Below are positions 40,618 through 49,640 of a DNA stretch of 64,000 bases, piece after piece (position 1 is the first letter of the stretch; the number at the start of each line of letters is the position of its first letter). The notes beneath the pieces are model-generated. The model made no database searches and was not told where the DNA came from. It saw only the letters and a list, made by a program, of their open reading frames with translations. The position numbers were made by a program, and so were the translations under genes. The stretch is from Deltaproteobacteria bacterium (GTDB taxonomy: Bacteria > UBA10199 > DSSB01): assembly GCA_024233625.1 (NCBI GenBank), contig JACKPJ010000004.1, forward strand, positions 91,905 through 155,904. Reading direction: 5' to 3'.

Positions 40618-41430
40618 ATGAAAAAAGCTTCTTCTCATTTCCCTATAAATTTGGATCAAAAAAGTAGTGCTGAGCTCTTTGAAGAATTGCTTCAGATCAT
40701 GGTAAGGCTTCGAGGGCCGCAAGGTTGTCCTTGGGATAAAAAGCAAAATCATATCAGCCTAACGCGCTATCTGCTGGAAGAGTGTTACGAAGTCCTGCAT
40801 GCTATTGAGACAGGAGATGAGGATGAGCTCAAGGAAGAATTAGGAGACTTGCTTTTGCAGGTCGTCTTTCATGCCCAGATTGCCAAAGAAGCCAAGCAGT
40901 TTGAGTGTCGAGATGTACTCCAGCTTCTCATCGAAAAACTCGTTCGACGTCATCCCCACGTTTTCTCAGAAACAAAGCTTGAGACCGAGCAAGAAGTTCG
41001 GCAGCAATGGGAAGAGATCAAAAGTCAGGAAAAGCCTCAGCAAAAGTCACTGCTTTCAGGAATACCTCCAAAGCTGCCTGCCTTGCTCTGGGCCTACAAG
41101 CTGGGTTCCAAAGCGAGTCATGTAGGTTTTGACTGGGAGAGGGCTCCAGATGTTTTGGAAAAAGTGGAAGAGGAAATCCAGGAATTAAAAGAGGCCATTT
41201 TACAAAAAAATCCGGAAGAAATGGAGATGGAATTGGGAGATTTGTTTTTTAGTCTTGCACAATTAGCAAGACATTATAAGCTGGACCCTGAAAGGTCACT
41301 CCGGCTTAGCTGTCATAAATTTACTCAACGCTTTCAACATATGGAAGAAGATGTTTCCAAAAAGGGAAAGAGTTTAAAAGAACTCGGGGTGGCAGAACTG
41401 GAAGAACTCTGGGAGCAAGTAAAAAAATAA
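40618..41430 (+). CDS. mazG: Nucleoside triphosphate pyrophosphohydrolase MazG
   Basis: 'GCPWDKKQ', and tandem MazG domains with 'EELGDLLLQVVFHAQ' and 'ELGDLFFSLAQLAR'. Confidence 0.88.
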   Translation: MKKASSHFPINLDQKSSAELFEELLQIMVRLRGPQGCPWDKKQNHISLTRYLLEECYEVLHAIETGDEDELKEELGDLLLQVVFHAQIAKEAKQFECRDVLQLLIEKLVRRHPHVFSETKLETEQEVRQQWEEIKSQEKPQQKSLLSGIPPKLPALLWAYKLGSKASHVGFDWERAPDVLEKVEEEIQELKEAILQKNPEEMEMELGDLFFSLAQLARHYKLDPERSLRLSCHKFTQRFQHMEEDVSKKGKSLKELGVAELEELWEQVKK

Positions 41431-41577
41431 ACAGAAGCTGTGAATAAGTTGTGGGAAAAGGAGTGAAAAAAAAGCTGGGCCAATTTGAGGGTGTGATTAT
41501 TCAAGAGTTTTTTTAAATTTGGGGAGTAAAAAATGTTGAATCAAGTTGTCAATAGCGTGTTGCCTATTTTTTGATCA

Positions 41578-41943
41578 ATGATGAATTTAAGTTCTCAACA
41601 TTCACGAGCGAGGGAAGCTGTGAGCAAAAAAAAGTCGATGGCATTGGGTTTAAATATCTTGGTTTGGCCAGGAGCAGGCCAGCTTTATCTTAATAAAAAG
41701 GGGAAAGGTTATTTTTTTATTGGAGCTGAGCTTCTGCTGGTTGGGGGTACTTTTATTCGCTTCATGTCGGTGATGTTCTATCTGCTTAATGTTAGGTCTT
41801 ATTCTTTGGATTTAAATGTGTGGACATTGATGGGGGAAACTTGGCAGAGTGATCAAGAGGTTCTATTTGTCATGCTAGTTGGGATATTTTTAGTGTGGTT
41901 GCTTGCGGTGCTTGACGTATGGGTGAGTTTTAGAGAGAGTTGA
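41578..41943 (+). CDS. Small integral membrane protein
   Basis: Three hydrophobic segments and a 'WPGAGQLYLNKKGKGYFFIG' motif. No functional assignment. Confidence 0.45.
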   Translation: MMNLSSQHSRAREAVSKKKSMALGLNILVWPGAGQLYLNKKGKGYFFIGAELLLVGGTFIRFMSVMFYLLNVRSYSLDLNVWTLMGETWQSDQEVLFVMLVGIFLVWLLAVLDVWVSFRES

Positions 41944-42020
41944 AAAGGTAATCAAGTTTAATCAATAAGGGTCTTGCAGAAGAAAATTATTTTTCAACAG
42001 GCCCATACAAGGATGATCTT

Positions 42021-42875
42021 ATGAGAAAATTTTCAAAAATCCCTTATTTGACCCTGACTATTTTGTTGTTACTGGGTCTTTTTTCGGCATGTGATTCGGG
42101 AAAGAATATTCAAAAGGAAGCTGTTAAAAAAATTCCAAAAAAATCAAGTAATTCAAATAATTCAAAACTAAACCTCAAGCAAGGGATGAAGTTTGAAATC
42201 TCCACCTGGAGTATTTCTCCAACTACTACAGGTGAAATTTCTGAGCAAAAAAGGGAAATTTCAATTGTCCAGACAGGAGGCGTCGACGGCCTGAGTTTTC
42301 GTTGGCAAGAGAACGAACTCGACCTAGAAAATCAAATATCTTTGCCCAATATCAATGCTTCACGAAAAATGCTGATTCCCTTATTTTGGCCTCGAGGAGA
42401 ACTTTATCTTTCGGATTATGCCAGTATTTGGTTTTCTGATACGGCATTTGAAGAGTTGCGAAGTTCCGGAAAGACCGACTGGTCTTTGGGCATAGAAAAT
42501 AATCCGCTCTTGGGGCCTGCTCAAGAAGATGCATACATCAGGGGATCCATTCATAAATTTAATCAATGGGTGAAGCAGTTAGCCGCTTTGACGAATCCTG
42601 TGACGCAAAAAAAGTTTGAACTCAGCCAGCTTCATGTTTTAGAAGCGAGTCATCCCTATGTTTTAAGTCTCAATGAGAAAAAAGTTACTGTGGATACGGT
42701 TGTCATCGGCAATGATTTATTAAAGTATAAAGTTTTAAATAATCCACAAAACCCACTCGTGATGGAGTTAGAGTTTGCACCCAATTTACCGGTGATGAGT
42801 TTGGCAGCAAAGGGTTTATTTAATTTAAAACCCTTATTAGAATACCATGTTCAAGCAATTCAGATTTTAGAGTAG
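42021..42875 (+). CDS. Putative lipoprotein
   Basis: Signal peptide ending in the lipobox-like 'LFSAC'. No recognisable domain. Confidence 0.55.
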   Translation: MRKFSKIPYLTLTILLLLGLFSACDSGKNIQKEAVKKIPKKSSNSNNSKLNLKQGMKFEISTWSISPTTTGEISEQKREISIVQTGGVDGLSFRWQENELDLENQISLPNINASRKMLIPLFWPRGELYLSDYASIWFSDTAFEELRSSGKTDWSLGIENNPLLGPAQEDAYIRGSIHKFNQWVKQLAALTNPVTQKKFELSQLHVLEASHPYVLSLNEKKVTVDTVVIGNDLLKYKVLNNPQNPLVMELEFAPNLPVMSLAAKGLFNLKPLLEYHVQAIQILE

Positions 42876-42943
42876 AGGTGTCAGGATAAAGGCATCCAAG
42901 TTTTTGATTTTGACAGAGTTCTAGACTTTTGATGGATGAATGA

Positions 42944-43495
42944 ATGAAGCAAAACTATTTACAATCCTCAAGATTGCGGCTGATGGATCTCGAAGAATCC
43001 CATGCGACTTTGTTGATGCAATGGGCGAACGATCCGGTGGTTTCTTCGCATCTTCATGATACCAGCCAACCCACGCGTGTGGAAGACCAGCTTGCTTGGA
43101 TAAGAGATGTCAAACGCGATCCATATCAACGCATCTTTATGATTGAACATTTAGAAGACCAAAAGATTATTGGCTATGGCGGATTGATGCGTCTTAATGG
43201 AGAGGATTTTACTGCGGAGGTGGGTTTGGCTATCGGTGAAAAAGAATACTGGCGAAAAGGGCTGGGCACTGAATCAGCCTGGCTACTTTGTCGTTATGGT
43301 TTTCGTGTTTTGGGATTATTTAACATTCAAGCTGAACACTATGCACTCAATGTCGCTTCCTTACGTACCTTTCAAAAAATTGGCTTTCGCTATTATGGAA
43401 CGCGGCGTTTGTCCCGTTTGCTATCTGGACAACGCTGGGACGTCCATTATTCGGATGTATTATTCCATGAGTTATTAGAACCTGACGAGTGGTGA
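42944..43495 (+). CDS. GNAT-family N-acetyltransferase (RimJ/RimL-like)
   Basis: 'RLRLMDLEESHATLLMQWANDPVV' and the acetyl-CoA motif region 'YWRKGLGTES'. Confidence 0.8.
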   Translation: MKQNYLQSSRLRLMDLEESHATLLMQWANDPVVSSHLHDTSQPTRVEDQLAWIRDVKRDPYQRIFMIEHLEDQKIIGYGGLMRLNGEDFTAEVGLAIGEKEYWRKGLGTESAWLLCRYGFRVLGLFNIQAEHYALNVASLRTFQKIGFRYYGTRRLSRLLSGQRWDVHYSDVLFHELLEPDEW

Positions 43496-43639
43496 TTGTT
43501 TAATTTGACGAGTTTCTATCTTTTCCATTTTAAAACCTAAATTCAAAACGGCTCTTTTTCCTTTCAGTTAATTTGTTATAATTAATTATAAGCTTCTCTA
43601 GTGAGGAGTTGCCTTGTTTATTTATATAAAGGATGAAGT

Positions 43640-44467
43640 GTGCAGGATTTTGGTCTTCAATATGGTCCGTGGGCTCTGGTGACAGGAGCTGAATCAGGAA
43701 TTGGTCAGGAGTTTGCCTGTCAATTAGGGAAGCACGGAATGAATCTTATTTTGGTCTCTGAAGAAACGACTCAGGTAGAAATGATGTCGGAGCGTTTAGC
43801 GCATCATTTCGGAGTTAAGACGATGGTAGTATCTGCCGATTTGAGTAATCCACAAGCCTCTTCTAAAATTATTAAGCAAGTTGAGGGAAAAGAAATTGGT
43901 TTCCTTGTTCCAAATGCGGGAATGGAGGCTCACGGCGACTTCATCCAGGAAGATCCATTGGAAGAAATGCGATTGTTGCAAAATAATATAGTGGGTCCAT
44001 TACAACTTACTCGGCATTTTGCCGGGAAGATGAGTGAACGAGGGCGTGGGGGGATAATATTTATCGCCTCCACATTTGGTTTCGGTGCAGCTCCCTATTT
44101 GGCTAATTATGCTGCTTCGATGGCCTATATTTTAACCTTAGGGGAATCGCTGCATTATGAGTTAAAAAAAGATGGTGTGGACGTTAGTGTGCTTTCTCCA
44201 GGAGTAAATCATGATTTTGAAAATAACTCAAAAATGAATTCTGGCAATGGTTCAAAACCCATCGATATTAAAAAATCATATATGCCTGCGACAGAGCTGA
44301 TTGCTGCAGTTCAAACAGGCCTCAGTTGTTTGGGTAAGAAACCGACGATTATTCCTGGTTTGTTTAACAAGACTTTTACTTTTATGGAAAAACACCTGAT
44401 GTCACGCCGTGCTTGCATGTCTTTTATGGGACACATGTTTGAGAAGGCCTTGAATTCGGAGCATTAA
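43640..44467 (+). CDS. Short-chain dehydrogenase/reductase-fold protein with atypical catalytic motif
   Basis: GTG start and 'VTGAESGIGQ' cofactor motif. The expected YxxxK reads 'YAASM' (Tyr157...Met161). Confidence 0.75.
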   Translation: MQDFGLQYGPWALVTGAESGIGQEFACQLGKHGMNLILVSEETTQVEMMSERLAHHFGVKTMVVSADLSNPQASSKIIKQVEGKEIGFLVPNAGMEAHGDFIQEDPLEEMRLLQNNIVGPLQLTRHFAGKMSERGRGGIIFIASTFGFGAAPYLANYAASMAYILTLGESLHYELKKDGVDVSVLSPGVNHDFENNSKMNSGNGSKPIDIKKSYMPATELIAAVQTGLSCLGKKPTIIPGLFNKTFTFMEKHLMSRRACMSFMGHMFEKALNSEH

Positions 44468-44585
44468 AGACTTTCTTCTTCTTGTCATTTTTTTATTGTC
44501 AGAATCTCTATTAAGCTACATGATGGTATCAATTTATAATTAATTGTAAAAAAATAACAAATTGATAACTAATAGGGAGACAGTC

Positions 44586-45014
44586 ATGCAAAAAACCAGT
44601 CAGGAAGTTCTAGATTGTTTAAATAAAATTTTTCAGGAAGAAATGTCTGGAGTGTTTAGGTACCTGCATTATTCTTTTATGATCATGGGGCATAATCGTA
44701 TTCCCATTCAAAAGTGGTTTCGTGATCAAGCTCAAGAAAGCATCAATCACGCAATTATCATCGGAGAAAAAATTACCAGTTATGGAGGACATCCCAATCA
44801 TCAAGCGTCTCCCATTCCCGATACTCAATCTCATGCCATTGATAAAATACTTGAAGAGTCCATGGAGTTTGAAACCCAGGCTTTGAGCCTCTACAAAGAG
44901 CTTGTCCAATTGGCTGGTGATGACATTGCTTTAGAAGAACTTGCCAGACAGATGGTTCGAGAAGAAACCGAGCATCTCGAAGAAGTCCAAAAAATGATGC
45001 GTCACAGTAAGTGA
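44586..45014 (+). CDS. Bacterioferritin-like ferritin-fold protein
   Basis: ATG at 44586 after an AGGGAGA RBS. Four-helix di-iron pattern ('EEMSGVFRYLHY', 'ESINHA', 'EFETQA', 'EETEHLEE'). Confidence 0.7.
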   Translation: MQKTSQEVLDCLNKIFQEEMSGVFRYLHYSFMIMGHNRIPIQKWFRDQAQESINHAIIIGEKITSYGGHPNHQASPIPDTQSHAIDKILEESMEFETQALSLYKELVQLAGDDIALEELARQMVREETEHLEEVQKMMRHSK

Positions 45015-45610
45015 AACCCATTTCTCTAATACTGGCTTCAACTTCACCCCGTCGCCAAGAATTATTATCCACTTTGGGAGTTTCCTTTCGTGTCGTTCCC
45101 CCTATTTTTATGGAAAGGCCCATTAAATGGCTAGGACCTCGTGAGGAAGCGGCTTATCTAGCTTATCATAAAGCAATGTCCTTGGTGCCTCGTTTTCCTG
45201 CTGCCTGGATTTTGGCCTGTGATACCTTGGTGGCTTTTGAAGGAAAAAAGTGGGGTAAGCCCCGAAACAAAGAGGATGCTGTAAATATTTTGCTGGCGAT
45301 GTCAGGTAAGTGGCATCAAGTCTGGACAGCATTGGCTCTTTATCAAGGTAGAAATCCTGCTGGTTTGGATAGAAGCTGGCAGCATTGGGAAGAAGTCAGC
45401 GAGGTGCACTTTAAAAAATTTTCTGAGCAGGAAGCACGCGATTATGTCGAGACAGGTGAAGCGATGGGAAAAGCAGGGGCTTATGCGATTCAGGGTTTGG
45501 GAGTTTCTTTGGTAGAAGAGATTTGTGGTGAGAAAGAAAATATTATTGGGTTGCCTCTTAAAAGATTATCTTCCATCGTCGGGTTGAGAAACCAATTTCA
45601 TTCTCTTTAA
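45011..45610 (+). CDS. maf: Maf-like nucleoside triphosphate pyrophosphatase
   Basis: GTG start overlapping the previous stop (GTGA). 'LILASTSPRRQELL', 'ACDTLV' and 'GKAGAYAIQG'. Confidence 0.85.
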   Translation: MKPISLILASTSPRRQELLSTLGVSFRVVPPIFMERPIKWLGPREEAAYLAYHKAMSLVPRFPAAWILACDTLVAFEGKKWGKPRNKEDAVNILLAMSGKWHQVWTALALYQGRNPAGLDRSWQHWEEVSEVHFKKFSEQEARDYVETGEAMGKAGAYAIQGLGVSLVEEICGEKENIIGLPLKRLSSIVGLRNQFHSL

Positions 45611-46360
45611 ATATTCCTTAAAAAATCCCTCTTCCTCTTCTTTATTTTCCATACTTTGAATGGCTGCTTCGGTTAGCACGTTTTCTCTTTCTAAATCGAT
45701 GAGGCCTCGCATGACGAGGCTGCGCAGAAAGACAAAGTAAGTATCCATGGTATCACCGAGGCAATAGTCATCGATTTGAAAAAAGTTTTCCTGGTCGTAA
45801 AGTTCTTGTACCATGTGTCCTTTGGTGTCCATTTTTCCAGGTTTATCGATGAGTTTAGCAAAGAGGTCGAGGCCGCCACGATAACGAATGGCTCCATAAT
45901 TAGTTAAAAAATCGTGAAGGTCCAAATGGCTACTTTCGTCAAAACGATAGCGCGGCCCAAACTTGGTGAAAAAACTTGGGTCGATACTGATGCCGAGCCT
46001 AAATGCCCATAGTTCGAGGAGTCGAATGTCAAAACCACGACCATTAAAATCGATTAAAGTAGGCCCAGCTTGATTGTACATTTCCCAAAAATGTCTAACG
46101 ATGGCCTCGGGACTGCGTTGTTCTTTGCCTAACAGGCCTATTTTAAGAATTTCAAAATCTTCATTCAGTCCCATCACGGCAATAGAAATTGGTTGATGAA
46201 AAGCGGGATTGACGAATTCACGATTTTCTTCAGCGAGCTCAGTAAGGTGTTGTTGGTAGGCTGCTTCAGGGTCCTCCAGTTCAGGGTAGAGGACTCTTTG
46301 TAATAATTTTTTATCGGTGACGCTCTCAATATCGTAAACCAGATATTTCATTGAACTCAT
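45566..46360 (-). CDS. Predicted 3'-5' exonuclease (PolB-exonuclease-like, RNase H fold)
   Basis: N-terminal 'YLVYDIESV' ExoI-like acidic motif; length and pattern resemble the DNA_pol_B_exo2-type family. Its 3' end overlaps maf by 45 nt. Confidence 0.55.
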   Translation of the reverse strand: MSSMKYLVYDIESVTDKKLLQRVLYPELEDPEAAYQQHLTELAEENREFVNPAFHQPISIAVMGLNEDFEILKIGLLGKEQRSPEAIVRHFWEMYNQAGPTLIDFNGRGFDIRLLELWAFRLGISIDPSFFTKFGPRYRFDESSHLDLHDFLTNYGAIRYRGGLDLFAKLIDKPGKMDTKGHMVQELYDQENFFQIDDYCLGDTMDTYFVFLRSLVMRGLIDLERENVLTEAAIQSMENKEEEEGFFKEYLKRMKLVSQPDDGR

Positions 46361-46460
46361 GATCCATTCCTCTATAATAAAGTGCTTAGAAATAGACTTA
46401 TAAACTAAGTGATAGAAAGACTCTTGTCAAAGAATTGTGAGCACGCTATGAACTCGGTCT

Positions 46461-47336
46461 ATGGAAGAAAATCAAAATTATTCTCAAGAAAATTCCCACA
46501 CAAAGGAAAAAGAACTGATCGTAAGATGTTTAAAAGGAGATGCCCTTGCTTTTGAAAAGCTCTTTTCAAAGTATCGTCCGCAACTTCTGACTTATTTTTT
46601 AATTCGATATGCAGATTATTTCGAAGCCGAAGATGAAGTGCAAGAGGTGCTTTTAAAGGCCTATCAGTCAATGCCGGAGTTTTCATCGCAGGATGTTTTT
46701 TCTCAATGGTTGTTATCGATAGCGAGCGTTTTTTCCCAAAGCAAGCTTAAAGATAAAACTCCTTGGAGTCCTGATGCCTTGGAAATCCTTAAAGAACATT
46801 TGATGGAAAATGCTGCAAATGAAAAATTGCTTCAGGAAATATATCAAGATTATCAGGAAGACTTTCAAATCATTGATCATGTTTTATTTTGTTTCATTGT
46901 TTTGACAAAAACTCGTTTTGCAGATGAGCAAGAAAGTTTTGTGCTCTCTGAGTTATTTGATTTTAGTCCAGAGGATTTGACGAAGCTAGAATCATTATCC
47001 GAAAAAGAAGGCAAAAATGTCGAAGCGCAATTACGTGAGACGCATGAAGATCTTGCCGAAATTTATGCACAACGTTGTTCTTTAATTAAGAGAGATGCTC
47101 CTTGTACGCAGTGTCATGATATGGCAAGTTGGTTAAAAGGGGATGAGGATGCTGAAGAGCAACGTGAAAAGCTCCCCTTACACTATCATGAAGATGCTTT
47201 GGATAGTTTTGATGAGCGCCTTGATCTGATCCGTGATCGCGTAAGTCAAAAATTATCCTCTCCTAAATTTCATCAAAAACTGTTTGATCTATTAAGACTT
47301 GCGATTGGTGAAAAAGGTGCTGAAGGAGAGTCTTGA
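46461..47336 (+). CDS. ECF-like sigma factor with degenerate region 4 and Cys-containing C-terminal extension
   Basis: Region 2-like 'LIVRCLKGDALAFEKLFSKYRPQLLTYF....AEDEVQEVLLKAY'. Weak region 4-like 'EQESFVLSELFDFSPEDL'. The extension contains 'CSLIKRDAPCTQCHD'. Confidence 0.55.
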   Translation: MEENQNYSQENSHTKEKELIVRCLKGDALAFEKLFSKYRPQLLTYFLIRYADYFEAEDEVQEVLLKAYQSMPEFSSQDVFSQWLLSIASVFSQSKLKDKTPWSPDALEILKEHLMENAANEKLLQEIYQDYQEDFQIIDHVLFCFIVLTKTRFADEQESFVLSELFDFSPEDLTKLESLSEKEGKNVEAQLRETHEDLAEIYAQRCSLIKRDAPCTQCHDMASWLKGDEDAEEQREKLPLHYHEDALDSFDERLDLIRDRVSQKLSSPKFHQKLFDLLRLAIGEKGAEGES

Positions 47337-47340
47337 AAAG

Positions 47341-47464
47341 GAGAGTGTTGAAAAAGGGCAATCTACTTCGTTGGACCAGAAGTTTAATCACTCAACGTAC
47401 ACATTGTACGTTGAGTGATTAAACTTCTGCTCCGCCTCGTATCTTACCCTTTTTCAACACTCTC
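47341..47464. repeat. Palindromic intergenic repeat, copy B (124 bp) with nested palindrome
   Basis: Perfect 18-bp terminal inverted repeats 'gagagtgttgaaaaaggg' / 'ccctttttcaacactctc'. The arms are near-identical to copy A. The interior carries an extra 25-bp-stem, 3-nt-loop hairpin (47377-47429) that copy A lacks. Confidence 0.85.
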
Positions 47465-47510
47465 TAAACTTTATTCTTAATTTTATTTCTGGTATCAAAT
47501 TTTTAGAATT

Positions 47511-47549
47511 AAAAAAAAAACCCCTTTTTGGATGTTTCAAAAAGGGGGG
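47511..47549 (-). terminator. Rho-independent terminator of the TRAP binding-protein gene
   Basis: On the minus strand: 9-bp stem (47521-47529 / 47539-47547, GGGG-containing) with a 9-nt loop, followed by a T10 run (complement of A10 at 47511-47520). Confidence 0.8.
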
Positions 47550-47579
47550 TTAATGATTTCTATATCTTTAATCTTATTC

Positions 47580-48578
47580 TTATCTCATTGCTTTCAGATA
47601 CCCTTTCACCTGATCTAAGAGAGCTTGCGAATATAATTTGCCTACTAGTTTGGTGTAAACAGCTTCAGAAGCTTTGGTGATTTGAGCTTTGGCATCTCCA
47701 TCTACTTCAACAACTTGAATGCCATTACTTTTTAGGCTTTCCAAAGCTTGAGTGTTTTCTGCTCGAATTTTTTGGATAAGCTTTTTAGAGTAGGCTTCAG
47801 TGGTCTCGGAAAGAATTGTTTGGAGATCAGCAGGTAACTTTGCATATTGAGCTTTGGTAATTAAAATAGCACCTGTCGAATTTGCCAATTTAACATTGGT
47901 CATGTATTTTGTTTTGGTGAACCATTGAAGGGCAATCATACCAAGAGGAGGAGCATAGACACCATCGATGGTTTTGGTTTGTAATGCTGGCAAAACATCA
48001 GGTAAACTTAAAGGAATAGGGGTAATTCCTAAAGCGTTATACATTTCTTGAACGAGTGGATCACCTTCCCACGCCCACATTTTTGTTCCATTCATGTCGG
48101 CCATGGTTTTGATGGGTTTATTAGCATAGATGTTAACAAATCCTGCTTCTGCAAAACCAAGGATTTTAAAACCTTTGGCGCTAAAATCTTTTTCAAATTG
48201 AGGGAGCAATTTGGCTTTGACACTATCAACTTCTTGGTAGTTTTGGAAGAGCATGGGGAGTTCTAACACGCGAACAGCTGGAACGATTTTTCCTAATCCA
48301 ACACCGGTAAAGGCCCCTGCATGAAGCTGTCCAATACGCATTTTGCGGATGACGTCGACTTCATCTCCGGAAACTCCTCCAGCATAAAGTTTTAGTGCGA
48401 GTTTACCGCCGCTCTTGGTTTGGAGCTCTTTGTCCATTTCTTGCATGATTTTGACCCAAGTGGATCCTTCAGGTGCAAGAACAGCCATTTTGATTTCATA
48501 TTCGGCTGCGTGTAGGCTTGCGCACATCATCAAAGAGAGTGCAGTTGCTGATAATATTTTAGTTAGACGTTTTATCAT
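47580..48578 (-). CDS. TRAP transporter substrate-binding protein (DctP family)
   Basis: Signal peptide 'ALSLMMCASLHA' and a DctP-like pattern ('KMAVLAPEGSTW', 'GGVSGDEVDVIRKMRIGQL'). Confidence 0.8.
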   Translation of the reverse strand: MIKRLTKILSATALSLMMCASLHAAEYEIKMAVLAPEGSTWVKIMQEMDKELQTKSGGKLALKLYAGGVSGDEVDVIRKMRIGQLHAGAFTGVGLGKIVPAVRVLELPMLFQNYQEVDSVKAKLLPQFEKDFSAKGFKILGFAEAGFVNIYANKPIKTMADMNGTKMWAWEGDPLVQEMYNALGITPIPLSLPDVLPALQTKTIDGVYAPPLGMIALQWFTKTKYMTNVKLANSTGAILITKAQYAKLPADLQTILSETTEAYSKKLIQKIRAENTQALESLKSNGIQVVEVDGDAKAQITKASEAVYTKLVGKLYSQALLDQVKGYLKAMR

Positions 48579-48607
48579 TTGGGTATTCCTCCCGCTATTA
48601 AGGGGTT

Positions 48608-49534
48608 TTAATTAAAATAAGTCGATTCTTTTTTTAAGAGGAGCTGACTGCGTATTTTTGCCAACTCGTTCATGAGCCGTTGTTCAGGTAGAATATCGGC
48701 TTCTTGGTTATTGACTTCGTTAAGTAATTGACGAAACAATTTTTTGTCCTGGATTTGCACAGCATAGAATTGAGCTTCCGCAACAGAGACCATAAGGTTT
48801 TTGTTTTCGCTGATTTGTCGAGCTTGATTAAAGTGTTCAAGAGCTTTTTCGGGATTACCTCCCAGAGCTTTGGGTCGACTGCTATTCATGACTCCGAAAA
48901 ACAAATGTGCACCTCCATAATAATAATTTTCGTCGAGTTCCATCACACGCTGCATCAAAGCTTCGATTCTAGGAATATCAGCCAAAGCCGTTATCGAATC
49001 TTTGTGATAATTTAAATAATTGCCCCAAGCAAATGCTGTCCAAAAAAGGGCCTCTAAATCCTGTTTGCCAAATTGTTGAAGCGCATTTTGATAGCTTTCT
49101 AAATCTTTGGCCTTGGCAAATGCATTATTTTTGCTGAGTAACTCTAAACCATAGTCTTTAGCTCTGGTATAAAAGCGTTGTGCTCTTAGCAGGGCTGTTT
49201 GGTATTCGGGACTCTCGTTTTTATGCCGGAGTAATTCATTTTCTGTAAAACCATAGGCATAACCTGCATAGGATTTGACAAGAAGTGTCAGGACTTTTTT
49301 ATCCCCAGGATTTTGTAAATACAAGCCCTCAAGGAGTTTTAAAGAACCTATCAATGAGCGCTCAGCCAAATCAACGTCAGGTTCTTTGTCTAAAATCTCT
49401 GAACTTTCGTAAAGAACCTCTGCAGAGGTCTTTGCGCCAAACTTTTTCAAACTACATGAAAAAGAACAAATGGATATTAGGGTTACTAATAACGAGTTCC
49501 ATAACGCATTGCGTAATAATGAGCTTTTCTTCAT
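48608..49534 (-). CDS. TatT-like TPR lipoprotein associated with TRAP transporters
   Basis: Lipobox-like 'SFSC' and helical TPR-like repeats. It sits immediately upstream of a DctP gene, as in TPR-protein-associated TRAP systems. Confidence 0.55.
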   Translation of the reverse strand: MKKSSLLRNALWNSLLVTLISICSFSCSLKKFGAKTSAEVLYESSEILDKEPDVDLAERSLIGSLKLLEGLYLQNPGDKKVLTLLVKSYAGYAYGFTENELLRHKNESPEYQTALLRAQRFYTRAKDYGLELLSKNNAFAKAKDLESYQNALQQFGKQDLEALFWTAFAWGNYLNYHKDSITALADIPRIEALMQRVMELDENYYYGGAHLFFGVMNSSRPKALGGNPEKALEHFNQARQISENKNLMVSVAEAQFYAVQIQDKKLFRQLLNEVNNQEADILPEQRLMNELAKIRSQLLLKKESTYFN

Positions 49535-49640
49535 GCTCGTTTTCTAACATACGCACGAAGAGGCTGGCAAGTTTTCTTGTTTATAAAAAAAATGAAAACA
49601 TCGTTGACACCTTTTTTTCCCCAATGCTAGTTCGGCTTTC

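Noticed and set aside
40410-40667. 85-aa plus-strand ORF bridging the metalloprotease 3' end and the mazG start
   Set aside because: It overlaps two well-supported genes out of frame, and its sequence is an alternative-frame reading of the Ser/Gly tract.
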